The position numbers and the translations under genes were made by a program. 64,000 nucleotides of DNA, taken from the NCBI GenBank assembly GCA_963749345.1, contig CAVVMO010000004.1, positions 2,986,588 through 3,050,587 on the forward strand. The letters are read 5' to 3'. A model generated the notes under the pieces. That model was not told the origin of the DNA. It made no database searches and was given only the letters and a program-made list of their open reading frames with translations. Position 1 is the stretch's first letter. Every line of letters begins with the position of its first letter. This DNA is from an uncultured Bacteroidales bacterium. GTDB taxonomy: Bacteria; Bacteroidota; Bacteroidia; Bacteroidales; JAADJA01. Below are positions 30,797 to 41,389 of the stretch, piece after piece.

Positions 30797-32268
30797 TTAA
30801 GTCTATGGAGAAATATTTCAGGAAATTCAGGCAAAATACTATCGGCAACGAACTCAGGTTTAAAACGCCTTATGGGGAGCAGAAAATGATCTATGCCGAC
30901 TGGATTGCCAGTGGAAGGCTATACCGTCCCATCGAAACAAAACTGATTGACACCTTTGGTCCCTTTGTGGGTAACACCCATACCGAGACTTCTGAGACAG
31001 GCACCCTGATGACGAATGCTTACAAACTTGCTCATAAAAAGATTAAAGAGCACGTGAATGCAGGTCCACAGGATGTGATCATTACCGCTGGTTTCGGAAT
31101 GACGGGGGTGGTGAATAAATTTCAGCGGATGCTTGGATTAAAACAATGTTCTATGCTTGCTGACAGCAAATGCCTAAAGGAAAAGGAACGGCCTGTGGTA
31201 TTTATAACGCACATGGAGCATCACTCCAATCATACTTCCTGGTTCGAAACGATGTCGGATTTAGTTGTCATTCCTCCTGGCGATGGGCTGCTGATAGATT
31301 TGAACAAATTAAGAGCAGAACTGGAAAAATATAAAGACAGGAGTGTCAAGATCGGTTCATTCACTGCCTGTTCAAATGTCACTGGTGTTTTCACACCTTT
31401 TCATGAAATGGCAAAGCTGATGCACGAATACGGTGGTTTGTGTTTTATTGATTTTTCTGCATCAGCACCTTATGTTGACATGAACATGCATCCCGCTAAC
31501 CCGATGGAAAAGCTGGATGCAATTTATTTTTCGCCCCATAAATTTCTTGGAGGGCCCGGTAGCTCAGGCGTCCTTGTTTTTGATTCTAATCTTTATAAAA
31601 GCCCCACACCCGACCAACCTGGCGGCGGCACGGTGGACTGGACGAATCCCTGGGGGGAATACAAATACATCGATGATATCGAAATCCGCGAAGACGGAGG
31701 AACACCAGGGTTTTTACAGGCAATTAAAACTGCCCTGTGCATTGAACTCAAGAACCAAATGGGTGTCGATACCATAAAGTTAAGGGAAGAGGAACTTGTT
31801 AAAAAAGCTTTTGAGCTGCTGTCCAAAGTTCCCAACCTGCATATCCTGGCTGATAATATCAGGGATCGTTTAGGCATTATCTCGTTTTATATTGATGGTA
31901 TACATTACAACCTGCTGGTCAAACTGCTGAACGACCGGTTTGGCATCCAGGTGAGGGGAGGCTGTGCCTGCGCCGGAACCTATGGCCATTACCTGCTTGA
32001 TGTTACCTACGAAGATTCGCATAAGATCACACAACTGATCAATTCGGGCGATCTGTCGGTTAAGCCCGGCTGGGTGCGGCTGTCGTTACATCCTACCATG
32101 ACCAGCGAGGAACTGGAGATTTTTGCAGATGCTTGTCGCCAGATTGTTAAAAACATAGATAGCTGGAAGAAAGATTACATTTATAACAAGCATAAAAACG
32201 AATTCCGCCACCTTACCGAACCCGAAGACAAGACACCACTGGTTAAGGATTGGTTTAGCCTTGATTGA
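30793..32268 (+). CDS. Class V aminotransferase-fold PLP-dependent enzyme (cysteine-desulfurase-like)
   Basis: FSPHKFLGGPGSSGVLVF (PLP-binding lysine motif). ATGA start/stop overlap with the antiporter gene. Confidence 0.75.
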   Translation: MIKSMEKYFRKFRQNTIGNELRFKTPYGEQKMIYADWIASGRLYRPIETKLIDTFGPFVGNTHTETSETGTLMTNAYKLAHKKIKEHVNAGPQDVIITAGFGMTGVVNKFQRMLGLKQCSMLADSKCLKEKERPVVFITHMEHHSNHTSWFETMSDLVVIPPGDGLLIDLNKLRAELEKYKDRSVKIGSFTACSNVTGVFTPFHEMAKLMHEYGGLCFIDFSASAPYVDMNMHPANPMEKLDAIYFSPHKFLGGPGSSGVLVFDSNLYKSPTPDQPGGGTVDWTNPWGEYKYIDDIEIREDGGTPGFLQAIKTALCIELKNQMGVDTIKLREEELVKKAFELLSKVPNLHILADNIRDRLGIISFYIDGIHYNLLVKLLNDRFGIQVRGGCACAGTYGHYLLDVTYEDSHKITQLINSGDLSVKPGWVRLSLHPTMTSEELEIFADACRQIVKNIDSWKKDYIYNKHKNEFRHLTEPEDKTPLVKDWFSLD

Positions 32269-32516
32269 TCAAAACCAGGCTATTTAAAAATTTCCTAATA
32301 ATATAAGAGACTGTTTAAATTTCGCAATAATGAATATTGCAGAAGGATGAATTTGTAATAAATTTTTAGTGAAACTTTGTGTTTTAGAGCTTTTGTGGCT
32401 AAATTTTTCTGCCACTAAATCTCAAAGACACAAAAAACCACAAAATATAAAATACTTAAAATCAAATGTTAATCTAAATTTTAAACAGTCTTTAAAAAAG
32501 CAATAAAATACAGGGC

Positions 32517-33218
32517 TTATTCATTTACCGAAAGCACAAACCCGATCCCATGCAAATTGTTGATTTGAATGTTGGAATCTTCCCTGAGGTATTTTCTTAA
32601 CCTCGAAATAAACACATCGAGGCTGCGGCTGTTGAAATAACTGTCGTCGCCCCAGACTTCGTTTAAAATCTCCTCCTTCTTTAATACCTTATTCATGTTT
32701 TCAGCCAGGTAATTTAAAAGCTCTGCTTCGCGCGAAGTCAGCCTTTGTGATACGTCTTTATATTTGAGATGAAGGTTCATGTGGTCGAAAATATATAGTC
32801 CAATCTTGAGTTCGCCCCGGTTTAATTTGCCGCTTCCCGAAACCCGGCTACGCTTTAGGAAAACTTCTATCTTGAGGCACAGTTCCTCGATGCTGAAAGG
32901 TTTGGTGATATAGTCATCTCCGCCGGCCATGAGCCCGGTGATGCGATCCTCCTTCATCGATTTAGCTGAAAGGAACAGAATCGGGATATGCTCATTCACT
33001 TCACGGATTTTCCTTGCAAGGGTATAGCCATCCATTTCAGGCATCATTACATCGAGGATGCAAAGGTCAAACGCCTTCTTTTGAAAAGCTTCAAAGGCTT
33101 CTATACCATCTTTGCAAAAAGTGATGGCATAGCCCTTTAGCTCAAGATTATCTTTGGTAACGAAGCTCAGATAAATATCATCCTCCACGTAAAGTATTTG
33201 CGGTTTGTTTTTTGTCAT
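32517..33218 (-). CDS. OmpR-family response regulator
   Basis: REC domain (LYVEDD...DLCILDVMMPEMDG) plus a winged-helix C-terminus (LTSREAELLNYL...GIGFVL). Confidence 0.9.
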   Translation of the reverse strand: MTKNKPQILYVEDDIYLSFVTKDNLELKGYAITFCKDGIEAFEAFQKKAFDLCILDVMMPEMDGYTLARKIREVNEHIPILFLSAKSMKEDRITGLMAGGDDYITKPFSIEELCLKIEVFLKRSRVSGSGKLNRGELKIGLYIFDHMNLHLKYKDVSQRLTSREAELLNYLAENMNKVLKKEEILNEVWGDDSYFNSRSLDVFISRLRKYLREDSNIQINNLHGIGFVLSVNE

Positions 33219-34507
33219 AGTGAATTTTTTACAACCGGCATCGTAATGGTAAACCTGCTTCCTTCACCGGGCTTGCTTTCCACATTGATTTTCCATTTGT
33301 GCGCATCAATGATATTTTTAACATAGTTAAGGCCGATCCCGAATCCCTTTACATTGTGAATATTTCCGGTGGGAACCCTGAAAAACTTGTCGTAGATTTT
33401 TTTAATGTATTTCTTTTCAATCCCGATCCCGTAATCTTCAATTTCAAGAATCAGGTCATTTGCCTTTGTGATCGTATGGATTGTTATTAAAGGCTCCTTT
33501 TTTCTGTATTTCACTGCATTGTCTAAAAGGTTATACACCACATTGGTCAGGTGGAGTCTGTCTGCATTGACAATATAATTCTCAGCTTCTAAATTCATTC
33601 GAATAATGCCATTCAGATTTTTTACATTCAGGTTGAAATTTTCAGTTACTTCAGTTACCAGGCCATGCACATCGGTTTCCTCAAACTTAAGATTCAGCTT
33701 ATTTTGTTCAATTCTGGCCACCTGCAATACTTTTTCAATCTGGTTTTCGAGGCGCTTATTCTGGTCGGCAATGATTGCAGCATAGTTGGCCAACCGGTTC
33801 GGATCGTTCAGGATTTCTTTGTTCGACAAAACATTGGCTGAAATACCGATGGTTGAAATGGGAGTCTTGAATTCGTGCGTCATGTTGTTGATAAAGTCTT
33901 TTTGTATTTCCGAAAGACGCTTTTGCCTTAAAATGATAAAAATGGCATATGCAAAGAAAACGAGGGCGGTGATGAGGACGAAGGTGGATATGATCCAGAT
34001 GTTCATTGTTTTAAGGATATAAATGGTCTTGGAAGGAAAGATGATCCCAAAATAGTAGGTGAACTCATCGTATTTCTGGAAAGTTTTTTCTTCGTTTATA
34101 TTGCTCTTCGAAGGGTTGATATAGCTGCCGAATACCATTTTATCTGTTTCGCAATCGTAGATTGCCCATTCGTAGTCGATATTAATATTGCTGTATTCGA
34201 ATTCGGTTTTCAGGTAATGGTCAAGGATGTTTGCATCAATGATTTCGTTGATATCGACAATGAAATAATTGGACGAGATTTGGCGCACAGGGTTCTCATT
34301 TGGAAGTTCGTGGCCATTGAATGTGACCATCTTTTCCGCCACGTTATAAAGAGCGATCTCAGCGGTCCGGTTAAACTGTTGTTCAGCCAGATCGAAGGAT
34401 TGGTTGACCCAATAAAACTGAAAAGCAATGATCCCGACGATCGAGATCGAACCCAGAATGACAGCCAGCCTAATATGGTTGTTTTTCACGAAGGTAAAAT
34501 TAAGCAA
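33215..34507 (-). CDS. Sensor histidine kinase (HisKA + HATPase_c)
   Basis: H-box NMTHEFKTPIS, N-box LLDNAVKY, G-boxes DYGIGI and GFGIGL, two TM helices. 4-nt overlap with the response regulator gene. Confidence 0.9.
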   Translation of the reverse strand: MLNFTFVKNNHIRLAVILGSISIVGIIAFQFYWVNQSFDLAEQQFNRTAEIALYNVAEKMVTFNGHELPNENPVRQISSNYFIVDINEIIDANILDHYLKTEFEYSNINIDYEWAIYDCETDKMVFGSYINPSKSNINEEKTFQKYDEFTYYFGIIFPSKTIYILKTMNIWIISTFVLITALVFFAYAIFIILRQKRLSEIQKDFINNMTHEFKTPISTIGISANVLSNKEILNDPNRLANYAAIIADQNKRLENQIEKVLQVARIEQNKLNLKFEETDVHGLVTEVTENFNLNVKNLNGIIRMNLEAENYIVNADRLHLTNVVYNLLDNAVKYRKKEPLITIHTITKANDLILEIEDYGIGIEKKYIKKIYDKFFRVPTGNIHNVKGFGIGLNYVKNIIDAHKWKINVESKPGEGSRFTITMPVVKNSL

Positions 34508-34595
34508 ATTGGATTAACAGTCGATTTCTTTCCTTTGGGGAATAAAAAAAGCTGATCCTTCGACCAGCTTCACTTTATGGTTCTTTTTTAAAATG

Positions 34596-35333
34596 TTAAT
34601 GACTGACAATAAACCTGCCGGTCTTCAATTCAGCTCCGGATGACGAAAGGATATAGAAATAAAATCCTTCCTGCAGCTTATCAGTATTAATTTGTATTGT
34701 TCCTGATTGATCAGTAATTTCTATTTCTTTCACCAGTGAACCCACCAGAGAATACACCTTTAACTGACTATCAAAAGACTGGTTTAAATCATAGTCGAAC
34801 TTGACAAAACCATTTGCCGGATTCGGGTAAGGCGCTGAAATTGTGAATTCTCTTTCATTTATTGGCGTCACGCCGGTAGCGGTTGTGGTAAATAAAACTG
34901 TCACCATAACCGAATCATTTTCATTGCTGCTATCAAAGAAAACATAGGAAATTGAAGATTGCCCTATAATGGTGCCGGGGTTATAATCTCCTGAAAATTC
35001 TCCTTCCGGACTAATACCTCCTCCGGGAATGGTTGTGGCATTTGGTGATACATAAACATTCGGTGGATAGCACAATCCCCCCCAGCAAAAGGAATTACTT
35101 GTCCCGGGTGCTAGAAAATTCTCAACTTTTTTCACCAAAACATCCATCGAATTGGATGAGTTGTTTTGGACTTGAACAAAAAAAGCCATTACATTTCCAT
35201 TAGCTAATCCCTCAAAAACTATTTCCTCATTTGCGGGAATTGGATTGCCTTCATAAACAAGACTGAGGCTTTGTGAGAATGCAATTGCAGATCCCAGTAA
35301 AATGGTAGCAGAAAATAAAAGTACTTTTTTCAT
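34596..35333 (-). CDS. Hypothetical secreted protein with T9SS CTD
   Basis: Signal peptide. C-terminus APYPNPANGFVKFDY...GFYFYILSSSGAELKTGRFIVSH. Confidence 0.75.
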   Translation of the reverse strand: MKKVLLFSATILLGSAIAFSQSLSLVYEGNPIPANEEIVFEGLANGNVMAFFVQVQNNSSNSMDVLVKKVENFLAPGTSNSFCWGGLCYPPNVYVSPNATTIPGGGISPEGEFSGDYNPGTIIGQSSISYVFFDSSNENDSVMVTVLFTTTATGVTPINEREFTISAPYPNPANGFVKFDYDLNQSFDSQLKVYSLVGSLVKEIEITDQSGTIQINTDKLQEGFYFYILSSSGAELKTGRFIVSH

Positions 35334-35507
35334 TGTTTGAATAATTTTTTAATTGATCATTATCCTAATTAAGACGTACAAAAATATGTATTTATTTCAA
35401 AACTCTTTTGATGACTTTTCATTATTTTTTAATCCATGTTGTATGAATTATAACAATAACTATTTTTAGTCCCAAAAGAATGATATTTTTTACTTAGACA
35501 TTAAAAA

Positions 35508-36785
35508 ATGAAAATAGGTTTCTTTTATTTCAAAGTATTTTTTATTGGATTGATTATCTGTATCCAACAGCATGTTTCCAATGCACAAACTTCTCAGGAG
35601 TCACGAATTAACCAGCTAACAACAAGCGAAATCGAAGCGGGCTGGAAACTCCTGTTTAATGGATTAACCACAAACGGCTGGCGGAATTTCGGAAAAGATA
35701 AAATGAACAAAGGATGTGAGGTACAGGATGGAAACCTGGTGATCCTTGGTAAAGGTGGGGAAATGGGTGGTGATATTGTAACCGTTAATCAGTATGAAGA
35801 CTTTGAGCTTTATCTGGAATGGGAAATCTCACCCAGCGGTAATAGCGGGATATTTTTTCATGTGCTGGAGGATGGATTTTCTGGTCCCTCAGAAACCGGT
35901 CAGGAATATCAGCTGATCGATGATGATGGGTTTCCTGAAAAGCTGGAAGAGTGGCAAAAAACAGCTGCTGACTATGCGATGCATAATACAAAGGACAAGG
36001 TATTGAAACCTGTTGGCGAATTTAACTCAAGTAAAATTATTGTTAAAAACGGCAAAGTTGAGCATTGGCTGAATGAGATACAGGTAGTTGCTTACGAATT
36101 ATGGACTGATGAATGGAAAGCATTGGTTCAGAATGGCAAATGGAAGGATTATCCCGGATATGGACTTGCGCGTAAAGGCTACATCGGATTACAGAATCAT
36201 GGAAGTGAAATTAAATTCAGAAACATCAAAATCCGCGACCTGACCAAACCAGGGAAGCCATTATTTAATGGAACAGACCTGGATGGCTGGAAAATTCATG
36301 GAACTGAAAAATGGTATGTCGAAGATGGTTTATTGGTATGCGAAAGTGGTCAGGATAAGCAATATGGATACCTGGCAACGGAGAAAAAGTTTAAAGATTT
36401 TATCCTTCGGCTGCAGTTTAAGCAGGAGACGAATGGTAACAGCGGTGTGTTTTTCAGATCCTCCATTGACGGGACAAAAATCAGCGGCTGGCAGGTGGAG
36501 GTAGCACCTCCGGGAAATGACAGCGGAGGTATTTATGAATCCTATGGCCGTGGCTGGTTATGGCAGATACCTGATGATAAGGAAAATATTCTGATAATGG
36601 GTGAATGGAATGATCTGGTGATAAAAGTGCAAGGTGATAGAGTTATGACCTGGTTGAACAATGTTTTAATGACCGACTTAAGAGATGACAAGATCGGACA
36701 GGCAACCGGAGTTATTGCACTTCAAATCCATGATGGCGGCGGAATAAAAGTGAAATGGCGGAATATCAGTATTACGGAATTTTGA
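35508..36785 (+). CDS. Tandem DUF1080 (3-keto-disaccharide hydrolase-like) domain protein
   Basis: Two copies of GW..F...W.....GNSG(I/V)FF...GYIGLQNHG..I.FRNI.I. Signal peptide. Confidence 0.8.
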   Translation: MKIGFFYFKVFFIGLIICIQQHVSNAQTSQESRINQLTTSEIEAGWKLLFNGLTTNGWRNFGKDKMNKGCEVQDGNLVILGKGGEMGGDIVTVNQYEDFELYLEWEISPSGNSGIFFHVLEDGFSGPSETGQEYQLIDDDGFPEKLEEWQKTAADYAMHNTKDKVLKPVGEFNSSKIIVKNGKVEHWLNEIQVVAYELWTDEWKALVQNGKWKDYPGYGLARKGYIGLQNHGSEIKFRNIKIRDLTKPGKPLFNGTDLDGWKIHGTEKWYVEDGLLVCESGQDKQYGYLATEKKFKDFILRLQFKQETNGNSGVFFRSSIDGTKISGWQVEVAPPGNDSGGIYESYGRGWLWQIPDDKENILIMGEWNDLVIKVQGDRVMTWLNNVLMTDLRDDKIGQATGVIALQIHDGGGIKVKWRNISITEF

Positions 36786-36976
36786 TTTATATTGGGTTCG
36801 AAATGAATTATAGCTGAATGGGAAATAAAGGAAATACTGGAAATAAAGTAAATAAGGGAAATATGGGAAATAAGGGTATTGTTTCCTTAAATCTACTAAT
36901 CCCCTTATACTTCTATACCATATACCCCATCGTATTTTTAAAGCAGTTTTAAATTAAACAATGCAAACCTATTCAA

Positions 36977-37472
36977 ATGACTCATAGTTACAGGGACATT
37001 AATTATTCAAACACACAGCTTTTCTGGTTGGTGGCATTAAGGGTATTGATCGGATGGCATTTTTTGTATGAAGGCTTGGTCAAGGTTATCAATCCCAACT
37101 GGTCAAGCGCCGGATACCTGATGGATTCGCAGGGTTTCCTTGCTGGTTTTTTTCAGTCGACTGGCCACTAATCAAACTGTATTATCAGTTGTTGATTTTA
37201 TGAATATGTGGGGATTGATTGCCATTGGCCTGGGACTCATCCTTGGCTGTTTTTCCAGAATAGCATTGTCGGGAGGAATAGTATTGTTGCTGTTCTATTA
37301 CCTTTCTCTTCCGCCTTTTGTCGGACTAAAATATGGCCTTCCGATGGAAGGCAGCTACCTGATTGTGAATAAAAACCTCATCGAAATGGTGACATTGATT
37401 GTATTGCTTCTCTTCCCGACAAGCAAAATTGTTGGGATTGACAGGCTGATTTTTAGAAGAAAAAATAAATAA
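36977..37472 (+). pseudogene. DoxX-family membrane protein; frame break at a T7 tract
   Basis: ORFs 36977..37171 and 37140..37472 are joined if T7 (37147-37153) is read as T6: ...[16 protein letters not shown]... Confidence 0.7.
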
Positions 37473-37473
37473 A

Positions 37474-39055
37474 ATGGAACAAGAGATTAAACCGGAAGGC
37501 CCATCAAATAATCGTCATGGTAAAATCGACAGGCGGGAAATCCTGAAAGGGCTGGCGACGGTTCCGGTCCTTGGGGCTTTATTTTATGGATGGTATCGCA
37601 AACAGAAATTTGATAACCTGCTTAAAACTGCCATCCGTGAAGAAGTGAAACTGATGGATGATAACCCGGCTTTTAACCGGACGGTTTCTAATGAAAGGCA
37701 AATCAGGTTAGGAATAATAGGAACCGGGGGAAGAGGACGTTCTCTTTTAAAAGCTGCCGGATTCCTGCGTCCTGAACTCATTGACGAATATATCGAAGGT
37801 GCCAAAAATGATAAATCTGATACACGCTATTCTGAATTCCTGGACCAGCCAGATCTGAATATGGTCGTCAATGGCTTGTGCGATATCTATGACCTTAATG
37901 CCGAGAAGGGATTAAATGCATGCGCAAATCCAAAAAAGACAGGAACCAAAGGTGAAATGAGTAAAAGACCAACCCGTTATAAAAATTACAAAGAACTCCT
38001 TGCTGCCGAAGATATTGATGCAGTCATTATTGCTACTCCCGACCACTGGCACGGAACCATGACTATAGAAGCAGCAAAGGCCGGTAAGCATGTCTATTGC
38101 GAAAAACCAATGACCTGGACTGTTCCTGAAACTTATGAAGTAGTTAAGGCAGTAAATGAAAACAATATTGTCTTTCAATTGGGACATCAGAACCGGCAGA
38201 CAGAGAGTTTTTTTAAAGCTAAGGAGGCTTATGAGAAAGGACTTCTTGGTCCTGTCAATCTTGTTGAAGTAACGACCAACCGCAACGATCCGGAAGGTGC
38301 CTGGGTTTATACTATCGATAAAGAAGCCAGGCCCGAATAACATCGACTGGGAGCAGTTCATTGGCCCGGCGCCATACCATGAATTCAGCCTGGAAAGGTT
38401 TTTCAGGTGGCGATGCTGGTGGGATTATAGCACAGGTTTATCAGGTGACCTTTTTACACATGAGTTTGATGCCATGAACCAGATACTTGGACTTGGAATT
38501 CCAAATTCGGCTGTGGCTTCGGGAGGTATTTATTTTTATAAAGATGGCCGTACTGTTCCCGATGTGCTTCAGCAGGTATTTGAATATCCTGACCGAGACC
38601 TGACACTGATTTATAGCGCTTCGCTTTCCAGCAATAAAATTCGTGGAAAAATGATCATGGGGCACGATGCTTATATGGAAGTTGATAATGACCTGAGAAT
38701 TTACGCTGATTCAGGTTCAACCAAATACAAGGAAAAGATCAGCAATGGAGTGATTGATCCGTCCTTACCTCTCTATTCTTTTACTCCTGGTGCAAAGCAT
38801 GTGGATGCTATTACTTCAGCTACCGAGCAATATTTTGCCAGCAGGGGATTGCTTTACACTTACCGCGGCGGAAAAAGGGTTGACACTTCGCACCTTCATA
38901 TTAAAGACTGGCTCGATTGCATCAGAGGTGGAGGAAAGCCTTCGTGCAATGTGGAGGAAGGGTTTGAGGAAGCTATAACCGCTCATATGGGAACCATTGC
39001 GTTGCGCGAAAACAGAAAAGTTTATTGGGATGCTAACAAAAAATTAATTGTGTAA
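37474..39055 (+). pseudogene. Gfo/Idh/MocA-family oxidoreductase with Tat signal; frame break near 38329-38337
   Basis: Tat-like RREILKGLATVPVLGA. Rossmann motif GIIGTGGRGRS. CEKPMTW. The second half (38297..39055) continues ...PNNIDWEQFIGPAP. Removing one C of CCC at 38332-38334 joins the two frames. Confidence 0.75.
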
Positions 39056-39090
39056 ATTAGTGGATTCATTTTTGAATAATAAATAAAAGA

Positions 39091-39239
39091 ACCACGGAGG
39101 CATGGAGCACACTGAGAAACACGGAGATAGTATAAAAGGAATTTATAATAAAATCTAAAAGAATAACTTATTTCGCAACGACAGAAAGAATATATGGGTT
39201 TTTCTCCGTGCAACTCCATGCTCTCTGTGTTTCTGTGGT
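39091..39239. repeat. Intergenic imperfect inverted repeat (CACGGAGA / GCATGGAG word family)
   Basis: Left arm ACCACGGAGGCATGGAGCACACTGAGAAACACGGAGA. Right arm TCTCCGTGCAACTCCATGCTCTCTGTGTTTCTGTGGT. Confidence 0.7.
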
Positions 39240-39268
39240 AAGAATTTAAACATTTTAACACGAATATA

Positions 39269-40112
39269 ATGACCAACCGCAGAACTTTTATCAAAGGATT
39301 AGCTGCAGCAACAGCAGCAGGATTAATTATTCCGGAAAAATTATTTGCTATGCCAAAAGGGAAAACTATTGGAATTCAGCTTTACACTATCAGGGAAATG
39401 GTGAATAAAGATTTTGAAGGCACTTTGAAAATTCTTTCAGGAATTGGTTACAATTCAGTCGAGGCTGCCGGATATGGCGAACGGAAATTTTATAATTATG
39501 ACCCAAAAGACTACCACAAAATCTGCAAGGATTATGGTATTCTTCCTTTAAGTTCGCACAGCGGGATAAGCCTTGAAAATGCTGATGTGGTGATCGAAGA
39601 TACCGCTAAAGCCGGCATGAGTTATCTGGTATTGCCTTCAATCCCAAAGGAAAAACGTCAAACCCTGGATGATTATAAACAACGCACAGATGAATTCAAT
39701 TTGATAGGAGAGAAATGCAAAAAGTCAGGCCTGAAGTTCGGATATCATAACCATGCTTTTGAATTTGAAAAAATAGAAGATCAGGTACCGTATGATATTT
39801 TACTTGAAAATACCGATCCTGATTTGTGTTTCATGCAGGTGGATTTTTACTGGATGGTTTATGGGGGCTATGATCCATTCGATTATATCAAGCAATACCC
39901 CGGGACGGTTTGAATTGTGGCATGTGAAGGATATGGACAAAAGTGAGCAGCGCGAAAGTACTGAAATAGGGCAGGGGATGATTGATTTTCCAGGATTGTT
40001 CAAGAAGAAAAAGAAATCGGGCATGAAATATTATTTTGTTGAGCAGGAGGAATTCAAGGTGGATATGGTAGAAAGTATTACGATGAGTTATAATTATTTG
40101 AACGCCCTATAA
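39269..40112 (+). pseudogene. Sugar-phosphate isomerase/epimerase (xylose-isomerase-like TIM barrel) with Tat signal; frame break at a C4G3 run
   Basis: MTNRRTFIKGLAAATAAG. FGYHNHAFEF. The frames are joined at CCCCGGG (39898-39904): ...DYIKQYPGRFELWHVKD... Confidence 0.75.
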
Positions 40113-40123
40113 ATCAAAGAACA

Positions 40124-41176
40124 ATGAAAAAAAATATTCAAACTGGGATTGTTGGATATGGATTATCAGGCCGATATTTCCATGCTCCATTCCTGAAAGC
40201 TCATCCCGGATTTAAGGTCATTAAAGTCCTTGAAAGAAAGTGTGAAGCGTCGAAGGAATTATTTCCAAAAGTTGAAGTCGTAAAGGATTTCGAATCGGTC
40301 ATCAATGATCCTAAAATAGAACTGGTAGTTATCGCCACTCCAAATAACTATCATTATTCTATGGCGAAAGATTGCCTCCAGAACGGAAAACATTTAGTCA
40401 TTGAAAAACCTTTCACATTAACATCAAAGGATGCTGATGAACTGATCGCACTCGCCGACAAGAATAAACTAAGGATATTTGTTTATCACAACCGCAGATG
40501 GGATGGAGATTTTCTTACCATCCAAAAACTTTTAAAAAGTGGGGCACTCGGAGAAGTAAATGAATATGAAGCCCATTTTGATCGCTATCGTCCCAAACTT
40601 ACAACCCGCTTGTGGCGGGAAGAGGAAAAGAACGGAGGAGGCGTGCTCTATGACCTGGGACCACACCTTATTGACCAGGCTTTGCAATTGTTTGGCGTAC
40701 CGGATAAACTGCTGGCACAAATTGAATCACAGCGAAAAACAAGCAAAGTAGACGATTATTTCAGGTTGATTTTTTCCTATGGAAAAATGAAAGCGATTCT
40801 GACGGCAGGAATGTTAGTTAAAGACCCCGGTCCACGGTATATCATTCATGGCATCATTGGCTCATTTGTCAAATATGGTATTGATCCGCAGGAAGAAGAA
40901 TTACGCAAGGGTGTAATGCCGGGTTCAGAAACATGGGGAGTTGAAGACCCCGATAAATGGGGACTTGTAACCATTGACTACGCCGATATGAATGTGCATG
41001 GATCGGTTGAAACAGAACCAGGAAATTATATGGAGTTTTATAATAATGTTTATGATGTTTTAACGAAAAAAGCCGTGATGAGTGTTAAGCCGGCTGAAGC
41101 AAGAAACGTCATTCGGATCATCGAGCTTGCCAGGGAAAGCAGTGTAAAGAATAAAGAAGTTAAAGTGAAACTTTAA
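40124..41176 (+). CDS. Gfo/Idh/MocA-family oxidoreductase (cytoplasmic)
   Basis: GIVGYGLSGRYFH Rossmann motif, IEKPFTL, 350 aa. Confidence 0.85.
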   Translation: MKKNIQTGIVGYGLSGRYFHAPFLKAHPGFKVIKVLERKCEASKELFPKVEVVKDFESVINDPKIELVVIATPNNYHYSMAKDCLQNGKHLVIEKPFTLTSKDADELIALADKNKLRIFVYHNRRWDGDFLTIQKLLKSGALGEVNEYEAHFDRYRPKLTTRLWREEEKNGGGVLYDLGPHLIDQALQLFGVPDKLLAQIESQRKTSKVDDYFRLIFSYGKMKAILTAGMLVKDPGPRYIIHGIIGSFVKYGIDPQEEELRKGVMPGSETWGVEDPDKWGLVTIDYADMNVHGSVETEPGNYMEFYNNVYDVLTKKAVMSVKPAEARNVIRIIELARESSVKNKEVKVKL

Positions 41177-41185
41177 AATCTATAC

Positions 41186-41316
41186 CGTCATTGCGAACGG
41201 AATGATATGGAGTGAAGCAATCTCTTCATCGACAGATTAGCTGCCTGTCGGCAGACAGGCTTCGGTCGTTCCTCCCTCGCAATGACGTACCAATAGATTT
41301 TTCGGAGGGGTCTCAA
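41186..41316 (+). repeat. Palindromic intergenic element (CGTCATTGCGA...TCGCAATGACG family), copy 1
   Basis: Outer stem CGTCATTGCGA (41186-) / TCGCAATGACG (41277-41287), inner GC hairpin CTGCCTGTCGGCAGACAGG, tail TTTTCGGAGGGG. Confidence 0.75.
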
Positions 41317-41389
41317 CTATAGAATTAAATTTTGGAACACGTTTAAATACAATTTACAAATAGAAATTAATATCAAATAAAATTATCCT